Shown here one piece after another: positions 49,951 through 61,616 of a DNA stretch of 64,000 bases (positions are counted from its first letter, which is position 1; the number at the start of each line of letters is the position of its first letter). The stretch lies in the NCBI GenBank assembly GCA_030295235.1, contig AP026143.1, positions 620,001 through 684,000 on the forward strand, in the 5' to 3' direction. Both the position numbers and the translations under genes were made by a program. The stretch is from Fistulifera solaris. Lineage: Eukaryota. The notes beneath the pieces are model-generated. The model had not been told where the DNA came from, ran no database searches, and saw only the letters and a list, made by a program, of their open reading frames with translations.

Positions 49951-50230
49951 ATATCCGGGTACCCCCTCTGTCGATAAATTTCCTTACCACGCCTACGTGA
50001 GATGTACGTAGACTTTCGAAGCGTGGCATTTTTCCTCGTTTCTACCTTTTGAAGAGCTACTAAAGATGATTATTACTTTTCTACAAACAAACTTTCAAGC
50101 GTTCGTGAAGGGAAAGTGACGACGGTGCAAAGGCGGGTGGAAAAATCGATAGGACCAAAAGCACAATGTTCGTGTGCATCGATAAAATTCCTACGGCAAC
50201 TACGTGCAATTCACGTAGACATTCAAAGCG
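49951..50230 (-). repeat. Reverse-oriented copies of the dispersed motif (~209-bp spacing)
   Basis: atatccgggtaccccctctgtcgataaatttccttaccacgcctacgtg at 49951-49999; degenerate copy tcgataaaattcctacggcaactacgtg..cgtagacattcaaagcg from 50179. Confidence 0.75.
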
Positions 50231-50566
50231 TTTGCATTTTTCATCCACGTTACGTTTTTGATGGTAAATGTACGACAATTGTCGTCTATACTAACGATGT
50301 TTTTATGTTGGTGTGTGCTATAGTGGCATTGGTGCAAAATACCGAAATTGACAATGTCGAAAGTCGAAACACACCAACGATTCTCCGTGACTGCATTGCA
50401 GTCGTATTATTCAAGACTGAGACAACATTTCAAGCCTATAGTAAAATGTGAAAGACGAAAGACAACGTTTCAGCTTTTTCACAAAACGACATCAACATCA
50501 CGCTCTCTAAAACACTCAAGATCTTCTCATCAAGTTACCTTGCGCCTTTTTTCGACAGAGGACTCA

Positions 50567-51265
50567 ATGACGCTTTCTTTGAGCGCTGGCCTGGCAACGG
50601 CAGCGGCGGTCCGTTCGACGGCGCTACCCGACATCGCTCGACTTGTCGCTCCACCAACGGCAGTGCCGATCATTGCTTTACTAATACACGTTCGTGGTGG
50701 CTCGACAAGGAATCAGAACGCTGCGCCATCAACAACATCTCCGACTACACTCCGACAATCTCTGTTTCGTATTCCGGCTCCGATCCGTTACTTTATCAGC
50801 GGAAGTTGTGCGAATGTGGTCTTTTACTTTCTGGAACGACTTCTTCATCGTGCCTTGTATCATTTTCATTTCTCGAAACAAGAGTTGTTGGGAGATTGGA
50901 CAGAAATGATGTTGCCCTCTTGGGTGAATTCGGCCACCTTCTTTTCGGCGTACATGTTACAAGTGCCCATTCAACACTATTTGCACGCGTTGCTCGTCTA
51001 CGGACTCGAGTCGATCAATACGCCGGCCAAATATTATAGAACACTGGGTGGGATGTTTTCAACACTGGCGGTGGCGGCCTTCGGATCGACGGCGCTGAAT
51101 GCACTTCTCTTAAGTACAACGCAACTCAGCAAAACGGCGGCCTTTGTTGTGACCCTGTGTGCTTTCTCCATTATCAACTATTTTGTCATTGGTTGGATTG
51201 TGAATGCATCGAATAAGAGCAGCACAGTAGAGGTTGTAATCAGCAACCAGAAGAAGGTCGTGTGA
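50567..51265 (+). CDS. Small multi-pass membrane protein (GtrA-like topology possible)
   Basis: Intact ORF with four hydrophobic helices after RYFISG; likely ATG 50567. Confidence 0.6.
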   Translation: MTLSLSAGLATAAAVRSTALPDIARLVAPPTAVPIIALLIHVRGGSTRNQNAAPSTTSPTTLRQSLFRIPAPIRYFISGSCANVVFYFLERLLHRALYHFHFSKQELLGDWTEMMLPSWVNSATFFSAYMLQVPIQHYLHALLVYGLESINTPAKYYRTLGGMFSTLAVAAFGSTALNALLLSTTQLSKTAAFVVTLCAFSIINYFVIGWIVNASNKSSTVEVVISNQKKVV

Positions 51266-51864
51266 GGACAGTGCGTCATTCAAAGAACCGAAGGCTCGAA
51301 GACCCGAGAACAAGATTGGATTCTTTTCTCGTGCTATATATGTTAAACGCAATTGTGAATTTTAGCTAAATAAAAATAAAGTGTTGACGAGCAACAACAA
51401 TCACAAGCATATTATTTTGAGTTGGTAATGTTATGAATTCGATTGTAAACATAAGTTCGAGTCGTCGCATTGTAATGCAAGCGTCTTAAGAAGAATCTTG
51501 CTGTCTAAAGTGAGATAAAATCAACCAAGAGCAACACTTTCTGGAAGTTGCTTTACTGCGAGGAAATGTCGTGTTATATAGTCGACAGAAATGCTGACCA
51601 AGCCTCAACCCGATAAGCACCCGAATGAACGATCAGATCTCCACGTAACAAAGCGTTTTGCTAAATTGTAATCCTCCGTTTTGCGTCACCAAGGCGATGA
51701 CATGCGTGTTCGGACACCAATAAACAGTTGATTGCCGCTGAACGCTAAACTCTTGTTATCACTTGCTGACAAGTCCAAGTATTCGATCGTGTCGTGATGT
51801 CTATTGACATTGTCACAAAAGAACACTCGTGATCACGAATGTAGAGAACAATGTCTAGCACCGG

Positions 51865-53295
51865 TCATCTCACCGCGCCGTCATTCTGGAACCAATCTAG
51901 CACGGCGGACCCATCGTCGCCCCACAGTTTCTTCCAGCTCGGCCGCCATGAGTACAGGTTCTTGTATTAGGTGAACATTATCGACGAGTGTCGATACATT
52001 GGGATGCAACAGAAACCAATTGGGCGCTTTCTCAAAGTCGGGTTCTCGAATGTAACCAGTACCAAAGGTCGCGAGCGCCGGTACTACACTGAAAGTACTA
52101 ATGGGTGATACGATTTGCTGCGCCATTATCATGCGAGCAAACGTCAAGGCAATGGTTTCCTGCGCATCATTCCGTATGCGGATTCGAGCGTGGGGAAAGC
52201 GCTCTTCCAAGTGTTGCACAAATTGTGTGACCACGAGCCGACAGCGATCCGTGTGCAAATCGGTTTGTTCCAAGGGCCGCATTTGTGCTTCTTGGGTATC
52301 AAAGGGTTGTGTCACAATTCCTATAAATCGTGCGTCGGACGAAATATGCCGCGAAAAGGAATGAAACGAAATGAAACCAAAACTTTTGTGATCCGAGTTG
52401 ATGAGATCACCGCAACGAAAATGTAATACGACATCATCCAGCTCGATGTGTGGATACAATGGCTTTGTCAAATCGACGGGCAATTGCATCACCGCTCCAT
52501 CCGGTGGTGCGTCGGAGTAAAAGGAAGTATTGAGACCGGCCATTGTCGCAACATCTTCACCGACCAACGCCAACGCCATGCGTCTCATGTCATACCGCAT
52601 CGCCGGTATTTTGTATCCCAGTGCAATTTGATTGAAATGAGTACACGCTTCTGGAACTGTTGGTCGTTGACGATCTTGTAGCGGCACAACATGTTCCACG
52701 GCCGGAAAGAATCCCGTCAACCACGGCAACACCAAAGCCGTTTGTGTTTCTTCCGCATCCGGACAGTGATAGGAAATGGCAATATTCCCCACCGCATGCG
52801 CGATCATGCGGAGTGCATAAAAGGCGAGAAGAAAATTCCCCGTCCCCATGCCACTGTGATCAAACAAATCTTGACAATTGAATGTGACATTGATGAGTAT
52901 GTTTTGGGTGCGAGAAGAGTCGTCTTCCTCCTTCATCCATTCGGGAGGCAAGACGTGTTTACAAAATTGCCCTTTCATGAGTGTATGCGCCAGTTTCAGC
53001 ATATCTTCGTTGCCGTGAAACTCAATGATTTGATAATACGGATTATTCTCAGCATCATTGAATGTCGTCGTTTCATTCGGAAGAACGACATAAGCTGTTG
53101 CGGGGAAATAAGGGAGTTCACCAGGTGAAGAAGTGGAAGTGCTGTGAATTGTTTCATCATTCGTCGAGACAGAATTAGTGGAATTACTTGTCGAAGAATC
53201 CGAAAGACGTAGGATGAGCGGCACGGAAGGAGTTCTCGACAAAAGACCGTTGCTATCACCACAATGGCCGCCGCTGTCAAAACAAGTGCTCTCAT
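51865..53295 (-). CDS. Type II membrane glycosyltransferase-like protein (fucosyltransferase-type motif); frameshifts at both ends
   Basis: N-terminal anchor MRALVLTAAAIVVIA, GMGTGNFL, VVLHFRCGD (cf. HxRxGD of GT11/GT23), STFS. Confidence 0.65.
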
Positions 53296-53713
53296 AATCT
53301 AAAAGCGGAGGTTTTTGAAGTTCATTGAGGAGCTAACGAAAAGAAAAGACATTAATATTAATAAGCGGAACGAAAAAAGATGGTCACGTTTTTTATATGT
53401 TTTGCGTCTCACGCGGTCATCGCGAAAGTAGAACGATCAGACATCCCGGGACTGAAACTTGATGGAGTCCTTCAAAAAGTAATCGACACTTTGCGATACA
53501 GTGAAAGACGGACCTCTATTTCATTGCATTTGACGCACTTCATCCTCCCTAGACTAACAAAGCTCAAAAAGCATGCATTGGCCAAAATAGTATTTCATAT
53601 TCAAAGGTCAAAGTATTCGCAATGCAGCGCTCTTCAACACTCTAGCACGTGAGTTACTTCCTCGTGACTGAAATTCAGTCGGATAAATTGTCACTTACAC
53701 TCTCTACCTATAG

Positions 53714-54031
53714 TGTTGGAAGATACGATTCCGGATCGAGCTTTAACCGTAGTGAAGATACGAGTTTGAAAACTGACGTAGACAAAAAGGAACACATGGG
53801 CAGAAAAAGTAGTAAAACAGTAACTTGGGCCGACGTTGTTCGTGGTGGTTTCAAGAGCTCATTCTCTTGAAACAATCCAGTTAATAGACGGAAGTTTTAT
53901 TTACTCTCCTTTTATTATCAAGTTATTGTATCAAGTTCGGCCCTGCATACGTTAATTACCGGCGCAGTGATTGTTTTGATTCGCTGAATAAGGTTCGGCG
54001 AGTCGCCGAAGTGGAATTGCTTTTTCTAACA
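53714..54031 (+). repeat. 5' LTR (318 bp)
   Basis: TGTTGGAAG...TTCTAACA; matches 59334-59649. Confidence 0.97.
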
Positions 54032-54045
54032 TTGTTTCAAGAGAA
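54031..54045 (+). promoter_or_regulatory. Primer-binding site complementary to the element's own LTR (53862-53876)
   Basis: ATTGTTTCAAGAGAA is the exact reverse complement of TTCTCTTGAAACAAT; no TGG start. Confidence 0.75.
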
Positions 54046-54476
54046 AATATTATTTTTCTCTACTGTTTCGAAACGGCTTTCGACGTCTCCCTTGTTTCTC
54101 CGGCTAATGCAAGGCGACGACGAAGCGCATCGCTGCCATCATCAAAGAGCTACACAACCTGCGCCTTCGAGAGCGTACTCATTGCACAAGTCGAAGCCAT
54201 CAATAACGCTCGGCGCACGCAAGGAGTTGACGATTCCGGCGATTTCAAGGAGATCCTTGTTTTTGAGATCGGGGGACAGAATGCGCATCGCAAACCAGGT
54301 GAACCGCCCAGCCACTTGGAGGGGGACCCTGGAACGCGCAAACGATCGAACAGTATCGTTGCGGCGTCGTCACGCAAGTGACAAGAACCCGGGTGTATTT
54401 GCGCCAACGAGCTAAACCTCGAAGTGTGCCGCGCCCAACAACCTCTCGCATCGAGCAGCCGAGACCAACCACGACC

Positions 54477-57400
54477 ATGAGTAGCGGCCGAAACCGACCG
54501 CTGAAACGGGTGCTGGACAACCGGCAATGCAGACGGCTGGACGAGGTGGTCGCAACCGCAACCGTGAAGCAAGCAGCGGTCCTCCGATGGAACGGTTTTG
54601 AAGCCGAAGACCCGTGTGCACGCGAAGGCGAGATCCCTGAGATGAACGGTTTTGTTTTTGAGTGTGCAGAAGAGCGACAGCATCGCGCTTCTTCGGCCGG
54701 GTGATGGAAGAACTCCAGCGAATGCGTACGGTCCGAAAGTACCGTATCCCGAGGACCTATCTTCCCTGTTTGGCGACACCATTGCGATGCCAGTCCTCAC
54801 GCCGCCGGAAGCACCAGCAGAGGGAGCACCGCGCGCCGTGCAAGACGACTACAACGATGATCGCAAGCTTTACCCGACAGCATCGCTGATCAGCTTCGTG
54901 GCACCAGCCTTCCCAACCTTTTCAACGACGCCCTACGTCAGTGCACGCCCATGATGAAGGGGGGCGTTTGAAGGCCCTGGACGGTTACAAGACGGCTTCA
55001 CAAACTACAGACTGCGTTTGGCTGTTCACCAGCATTAGAGCCATCATGCTGGAGTTCGACGCCACCAAGAAAGTACAGCTATCCCTCCTTGATGCACGCG
55101 CAAATTTCCTCAACTGCACCCAACAGCCAGGCGACTCTGTAGAGGACTACGTCGAGAACGTGCGTGGTTGGGCTGAGGCCATCGAGTGCTACGGCGGGCA
55201 CATTGCTGAGCACGTTTTCCCGCGACCGGGACGATCTCGATGCGGTCCCCCGACCTGGATGGGTACCACAAGGCTAAGGAAGAGACTCTGGCTTTGGCCA
55301 TCATTCGCAATGCCAATCCTGCCCGCTTTGGAAGCCTACGCAGCGAGCTCGCCAATTCTTTCTTACTCGGCCAGGACAAGTATCCGAAGGATTCCACGGC
55401 TGCGTACAATCTGCTCATTAACTACCGTCCTCCCGTTGCTCCCAGGAACCAGCAGCACGCCAGGAGCGGACAACAGCAACAAGGAGCGAGCAAAGGGAAC
55501 CAGGCGTCGACCTCCAACTCCGCCACGCCAACGGCCCCCACTGAGGTAAACGGGATCACTTTCGGCGCCAAGTCGGTACCGTGGTCCCTGGGACAAATGG
55601 GGAAGCTTTTCCCCACATCACGTGCAGCAAATGCAAGCAGCCCGGTCACTTCGCGAAACCGCTGCCCTAACGGGCGTCTCTGTAGTGTCGGGAACCACTT
55701 TGACGCAGCACGGTTTTGTCCTCGCACATGCAAACTCGAGTGACGGTATTGATCCCAACTGGATACTCCTCGACTCGCAATCGACTGTGTCTGTTTTCCG
55801 GAACGCCTCCATGCTTTCTAACATTCGACCTAGCGACCAGGTGCTCCGAGTGGTCACCAACGGTGGCAGCCAGGTTTCCCGCCTCATCGGCGATTTCCGA
55901 ATCTGGGCCCTGTTTGGTATAACCCCGAATCCATTGCCAACATCCTGTCCCTTGCTGAAGTTCGGCGCGTCTGCCGCGTGACCATGGACACGTCGGAATC
56001 TCCGGCGTTCATTGTGCACCGGCTCGGCTCCGAGATGCGTTCGAGGAAGCCGGACTCTGGTCTATACGTTTTTAGTTCTAACGATAGCACCGCCGTTAAG
56101 ATGTATACTTTGCTTCAAACCGTAGCCGGGCAAAAGAAACTCTTCAACAAGCGCCAAATTGGCGCTGACGAGGCTCGTCGCATTTATCGCATTGCCGGGA
56201 GCCCATCGGAAGAAGACTTGAGTGGTATTTGCGTGAAAACTTTATCCGCGAATTCCCCAATCACGGCAGATGACGCAAAACGCGCGACCGCAATTTATGG
56301 GCCTGATGTCGCAGCACTCAAGGGTAAGACACGTCGCTGACGCACCACGTGCCTTCTTTCAAAGCAATCCCGATACCTGCGCCGATCCTTCTGCATCACC
56401 GTGACGTCACCCTGTGTTCAGATTTTCTGTTTGTGCAGGGCATTCCGTTTTTTCACACCATCTCACGCAACATTGGTTTTCGCACATTGACAGCAGTTCC
56501 CGACCGTTCCAAAAGGACCATCTTACGTGAAACCCGACGTGCTATCAACATATACACCACCAGCGGTTTCATTGTGCACGGCATGCATTGTGACAACGAG
56601 TTCGGCTGCATCAAGGATGACGTCCTTCCGGTCAAACTTGACATCGTCCCAGCTGACAGCCATGTCGGCGAGGGTGGAGCGCTCCATCCGGACAATTCAG
56701 CGAACGCACCAGGGCTGCTGTTCATGGGATGCCCTACAAGCGCCTCCCCAAACTCATGGTTATAGAGTTGGTAAAAGAAGCCGTCCGTTGTCTCAACTTG
56801 TTTCCGCTGACGAGACGGCATCTCGACAACGATGAGCTAATCGATTGTGACTGGTGAAGGTTTCCCTGACTACAACAAGATGACTTTGGAATTTGGCAAA
56901 TATGTGCAGATTTACGAGCCCACGACACCCACCAATACACTTCATTCGCTGCACTTTAGGTGCCATTGCGTTGGGTCCCAGCGGCAACGCCAATGGTGAC
57001 TACGCTTTTATGTCCCTGGCCACCGGTGCTCGTGTTACCCGACATCAGTGACAACGCGTTGATCGTATCCCCGACACTGCCATCGACCGTGTCCACGCTC
57101 TTGCACTTGCCGAAGACCAGCCTCTTATACAGGATTCCGGTCTCGTTTTTGAGTGGGACCCCGACATGCCCATTGACGACGATGAATACGATAAAGATTA
57201 CTTTCCCCCTTCCACCGAAGCGTGCCGGCGATCATGACCTTGACTCCCGCTTCCTACCCGTCGGCGGCCGACGAACTACTTTCCCTCACGTCTCCTGTCA
57301 GTGCCCCATCCGACATCGTCATGGGCCAAGGAGAGCGAGCACGGAGCCGTCAGAAGCGCCAAGCACGGCGCCGTCAGAAGCGCCAACACCGACAATCAAG

Positions 57401-59389
57401 GAGCGGAAGCTCAAGGAGCGGGAAATGGAGATGATGATGACGACGAGAGGCGGACGAGGATTTTTACCCCGACAGGCGTTGAAGGTGACGTCGGCGATCC
57501 ATCGGTTGAAGACCAAGGAGCCAGACTTTATCGCAAACGAAACTAGCAACGAACCGGTTGACAACGGGGACAGCACAACGCACGACCCACCAACTCGCAA
57601 TGTCTTCTGCATGCTCCAGGAAGCTACGAAATCGGTAGAGGAGCACATTATCACGGATTCAGTGCGCCGCGTCATAGTCGCCATCATTCTGACACAAATG
57701 TCCGAGCAGGCAGGTTTGAAGAAACACGGCAAACGTCGCGGAACATGCGCTAATGCAAGAATTCCAGCAATTGGACGACCTTACGGTGTTCATTCCCGAT
57801 ATGCAAGATTAAGCCCGAGGAGAAGAGTGCCGCAGCTCTAAATTTATTGAAAGAGAAAACGCTGACGGGAGCTTAAAGGGCAGAACAGTTGCGGATGGTA
57901 GTAAACAGCGGAGCCTATACGACAAATCCGAAACCGCGTCGCCGACAGTATCCGCAGATGCTCTGATATGCAGTGTAATGATTGACGCCCGTGGAGGGAC
58001 GAGATTCGGGCATTTGCGATGTGGCTGGGGCCTACCTAAAGGCTTTTATGGAGGATTTTGTGATACTTAAGTTCAGCGGGAAAGCTGTCGAGATCCTTTG
58101 CCGAATGAGTAGCAAGTACCTGCCTTACGTGTGCGAGGAAAATGGAAAGAAGGTGATCTACGTCCAGCTTAAAAAGGCCCTATACGGATGCGTGAAGAGT
58201 GCCCTTTTGTGGTACAAGATGTTTTCGGAGACTTTGCAGAACATGGGGTTTGAGCTTAACCCGTACGACCAATGCGTGGCAAACTGTGACTTCAATGGGT
58301 CCCAGTGCACTATAGTATGGTACGTTGATGACATGAAGGTATCACACAAGGACCCCCGAGGTCGTGTCAGCTGTAATTTTGAATATCGAGTCCAATTTCG
58401 GAAAGATGACCGTTAAGCGAGGGAAGGAGCACGAGTTCCTCGGAATGAAAATCGTTTACAACAAGAACAACACCGCGACAATCACCATGCGTTCTTACCT
58501 TGAAGAGGCAATTGCGAATCTGGTCTTAACATCACTAACACAGCCGCCACCCCAGCTCGAAGGTACCTATTCGACGTGAATGAAAAATTGCCACGGCTTG
58601 ATAAAAAGAGAAATGACATTTTCCACAGTGTTTCGGCGAAGCTTTTGTGCGTTGCAACCAGAGCCAGGATGGATATCCTCTTACCGGTTTGTTTCCTGTG
58701 CACGCTGCGGTGTCCAAAGCGACCGAGGGAGGACGAGTTGAAGTTGAAGAGGGTTTTGGAATACGTGAAATGGTACGCTAGACCTGAGCTACACCATCGG
58801 GGCCGATGACTTAGGAAAGATGCAAACATGGGTCGATGCGTCGTATGCTGTGCATCCTGATATGCGAAGTCACACGGGTGGAATCATTTCTTTTGGAAGA
58901 GGAGGTTTGGTTTGCAAGTCTTCCAAACAGAAGTTGAACACGAAAAGCTCCACAGAGGCTGAATTGGTTGGTGCTAGCGATTACTTGCCGAACACACTGT
59001 GGTTGAAGATGTTCCTTGAGGCACAAGGACATAGGATTGTGGAGAATGTTTTGCAGCAGGACAACGAGAGTGCTATAAAATTGGAGAAAAATGGACGCAC
59101 CTCAGCGGGACCGAAGTCGCGACATATCAACATTCGATACTTCTTTATCAAGGACAGGATTAAGGCAGAAGGCATCAAGATCCGGCACTGCCCTACTCTC
59201 AAAATGATAGCTGATTTCTTCACGAAACCGCTACAGGGAAAACTTTTCTTGAAGCTAAGGTCAGTAATCATGGGGTATGATCACATTAGTTCCCTGGATG
59301 ACGATGATGAGGAATCGATCCAGATCGAGAGCGTGTTGGAAGATACGATTCCGGATCGAGCTTTAACCGTAGTGAAGATACGAGTTTGA
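54477..59389 (+). CDS. gag-pol polyprotein (many frameshifts)
   Basis: Zn knuckle CSKCKQPGHF..C (~55625), protease WILLDSQST, integrase LCSDF/HCDNEF/VERSIRT, RT CDVAGAYL, KALYG, WYVDD, RNase H VDASYAVH..SHTG, SSTEAE, QDNES, ADFFTKP. Confidence 0.92.
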
Positions 59390-59649
59390 AAACTGACGTA
59401 GACAAAAAGGAACACATGGGCAGAAAAAGTAGTAAAAACGGTAACTTGGGCCGACGTTGTTCGTGGTGGTTTCAAGAGCTCATTCTCTTGAAACAATCCA
59501 GTTAATAGACGGAAGTTTTATTTACTCTCCTTTTATTATCAAGTTATTGTATCAAGTTCGGCCCTGCATACGTTAATTACCGCGCAGTGATTGTTTTGAT
59601 TCGCGAATAAGGTTCGCGAGTCGCCGAAGTGGAATTGCTTTTTCTAACA
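59334..59649 (+). repeat. 3' LTR (316 bp)
   Basis: Differs from the 5' LTR by only a few single-base changes, mostly indels. Confidence 0.97.
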
Positions 59650-60024
59650 GAACTTTCTGAGTGTGCATAGTGGTGTTAGTTGAACATCCGCTAGATGTCG
59701 GAGCGCAACAGAACGCCCTAATCCGATTTTGTCCGCGAAAAACACAACAGAAAAGCGAACACTGTTCCGAAAGACGAACTGGAATGAGAACACTTATTCG
59801 TCGCCATTTCTTTCTTTGCCAATAACAAAAAGTAAGAACGGGTCGTTGCTCTTTGGCTTCAAGAAAGACATAAAAATCATGAATCATCCTGTCAATGCAG
59901 CAAAGTTCACAATCTACGGAGTATAAATTCGTCATACAACAAAGCTCAAAGAGTCACATAAAGCTATTAATCAGCAGCCGATCAGACAACCTAAAACATC
60001 AGCAGTCCTCAACTTTCCTACAAC

Positions 60025-61471
60025 ATGGCGTATTCCACCAACATCGAACCAACACATCCACCGACAACATCGTCTTCCACAAGTCGCCCTTCTACAGAAG
60101 ACGATGTACCCGTCATAATTGTCGGTGCGGGAATTGTTGGGTTGGTTCTTGCACTAGCATTGCATCAACACTTGGGGATTACACCCGTCCTTTACGAACA
60201 GTGTTCCCAATTTCAACCCGTCGGGGCCGGGATGAGTGTCTATCCCAACGGATTGCGTGTGCTGCGGGATCTGGGTCTGTTACCAACAGTCCAAAACGCG
60301 GGTTTTCCCTATCAAACACGACAATGGGAACGACACGATGGATCGGTCATTATGACGGCACAAGAAGACGTTCTGGGTCGGAATGAAAATGATACCACCC
60401 CATTGCGAACGGTGGGAATCAAACGTTGGAAATTACAAATCATTCTGTTGAGTGCGGTGCAATCCAAAGGGATTCCCATTCATTTTGGGAAGGCCATTCA
60501 GGAAGTCCGAGAAACCAAAAGTAGCAGTGGAACCGTCACTGTGCGATTGAGTGATGGCACACACCGTACCGCTGCGCTCGTCTTGGCGGCCGATGGTACC
60601 AAGTCGGTCGTTCGAAAATACGTTACCGAAATGGAATTGCACAACCATCCACTGAAACACGCTGGGACGACCACATTGATGGGATTGGCCTCCATTCCGC
60701 GAAATGACGATCGCATTTCCATTGTCACCAGCTTGACCAGTCAATGTCATGCCGTTTTTCTTTCCCGTCTCTCCCACCGAACAATGCTTTCAATTCCATT
60801 TTCCAATGAAAGACACCAGCGACGGCGATGATAGCTGGAGTACCATGACGAAAACTATCGAACACGAGCACTGTCAGGAACTAGCACAGCGTTTAACGCA
60901 AGATGGATGGGATGAACAGTATATACGACCATTACGTTCCGTCTCGCAGGCGATTCAAATCCATTCGTGTTTATTGGACCAAAAGCTGGAAACATGGGTG
61001 AGAGGGAATGTGGTATTGCTGGGAGATGCGGCACATCCGCCGGTGCCTTTTATTGGACAAGGGGCGCAGCAAGGGTTGGAAGACGCGGGGACACTGGCGT
61101 TGTTGCTGCGAGCCTTGTGTTGCAGCACCCGGGGCAAATTGGACGTCCAAAATTTGAGTCAGGCGCTCAAACTGTACGAGCAAATACGAATTCCTCGGGC
61201 CAATGAGCTGCTGGATCTATCGCAGTTGACGGGTGATCAGCGAAGAAAGAGATCGCAGAGCGCGAGATATGCAGAAGTACGAGAAGAAATCATTCAACGA
61301 CAGGTGTTTTTTCATGAAACGAGCCCCAACATGCTGCCGGGCGCGACACATGATTACAGGAAAGCGGTTGAAAAGGTTTTGAAAGCATTGCCGCAGCGTA
61401 TGCCTATTTTGATTGAAGACGATGAAGACGAAGAGGAAGCTAGCTCAAAGAATGGGAATTGCACATGCTGA
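60025..61471 (+). CDS. FAD-dependent monooxygenase (salicylate hydroxylase/zeaxanthin epoxidase-like); frameshift near 60760
   Basis: IVGAGIVGL Rossmann motif, AADG..S.VR, LLGDAAH...PFIGQGAQQGLED. Confidence 0.92.
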
Positions 61472-61616
61472 CAATTTTTCGAGGCAGGAACGTTCATTAG
61501 TTCCTGTCCAACCATGGAAGTATTGTTTGTTGTTCTAGTTTATTAAGTGATTCTATCACTAGGCTATACGTCATTTGCCCAATAGATTTTATTGCATTCT
61601 TCAATCGTTCATAGAG

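Larger units (their letters stand above)
53714..59649 (+). mobile_element. Full-length Ty1/copia (CoDi-type) LTR retrotransposon
   Basis: Near-identical TG...CA LTRs and domain order gag-PR-IN-RT-RH. Confidence 0.97.

Noticed and set aside
57338..57386. 24-bp direct repeat in the retrotransposon
   Set aside because: In-frame duplication in the low-complexity IN-RT linker; ordinary.
54477..59389. Programmed ribosomal frameshifting in gag-pol
   Set aside because: Too many breaks, inside catalytic domains, consistent with window-wide indel noise.
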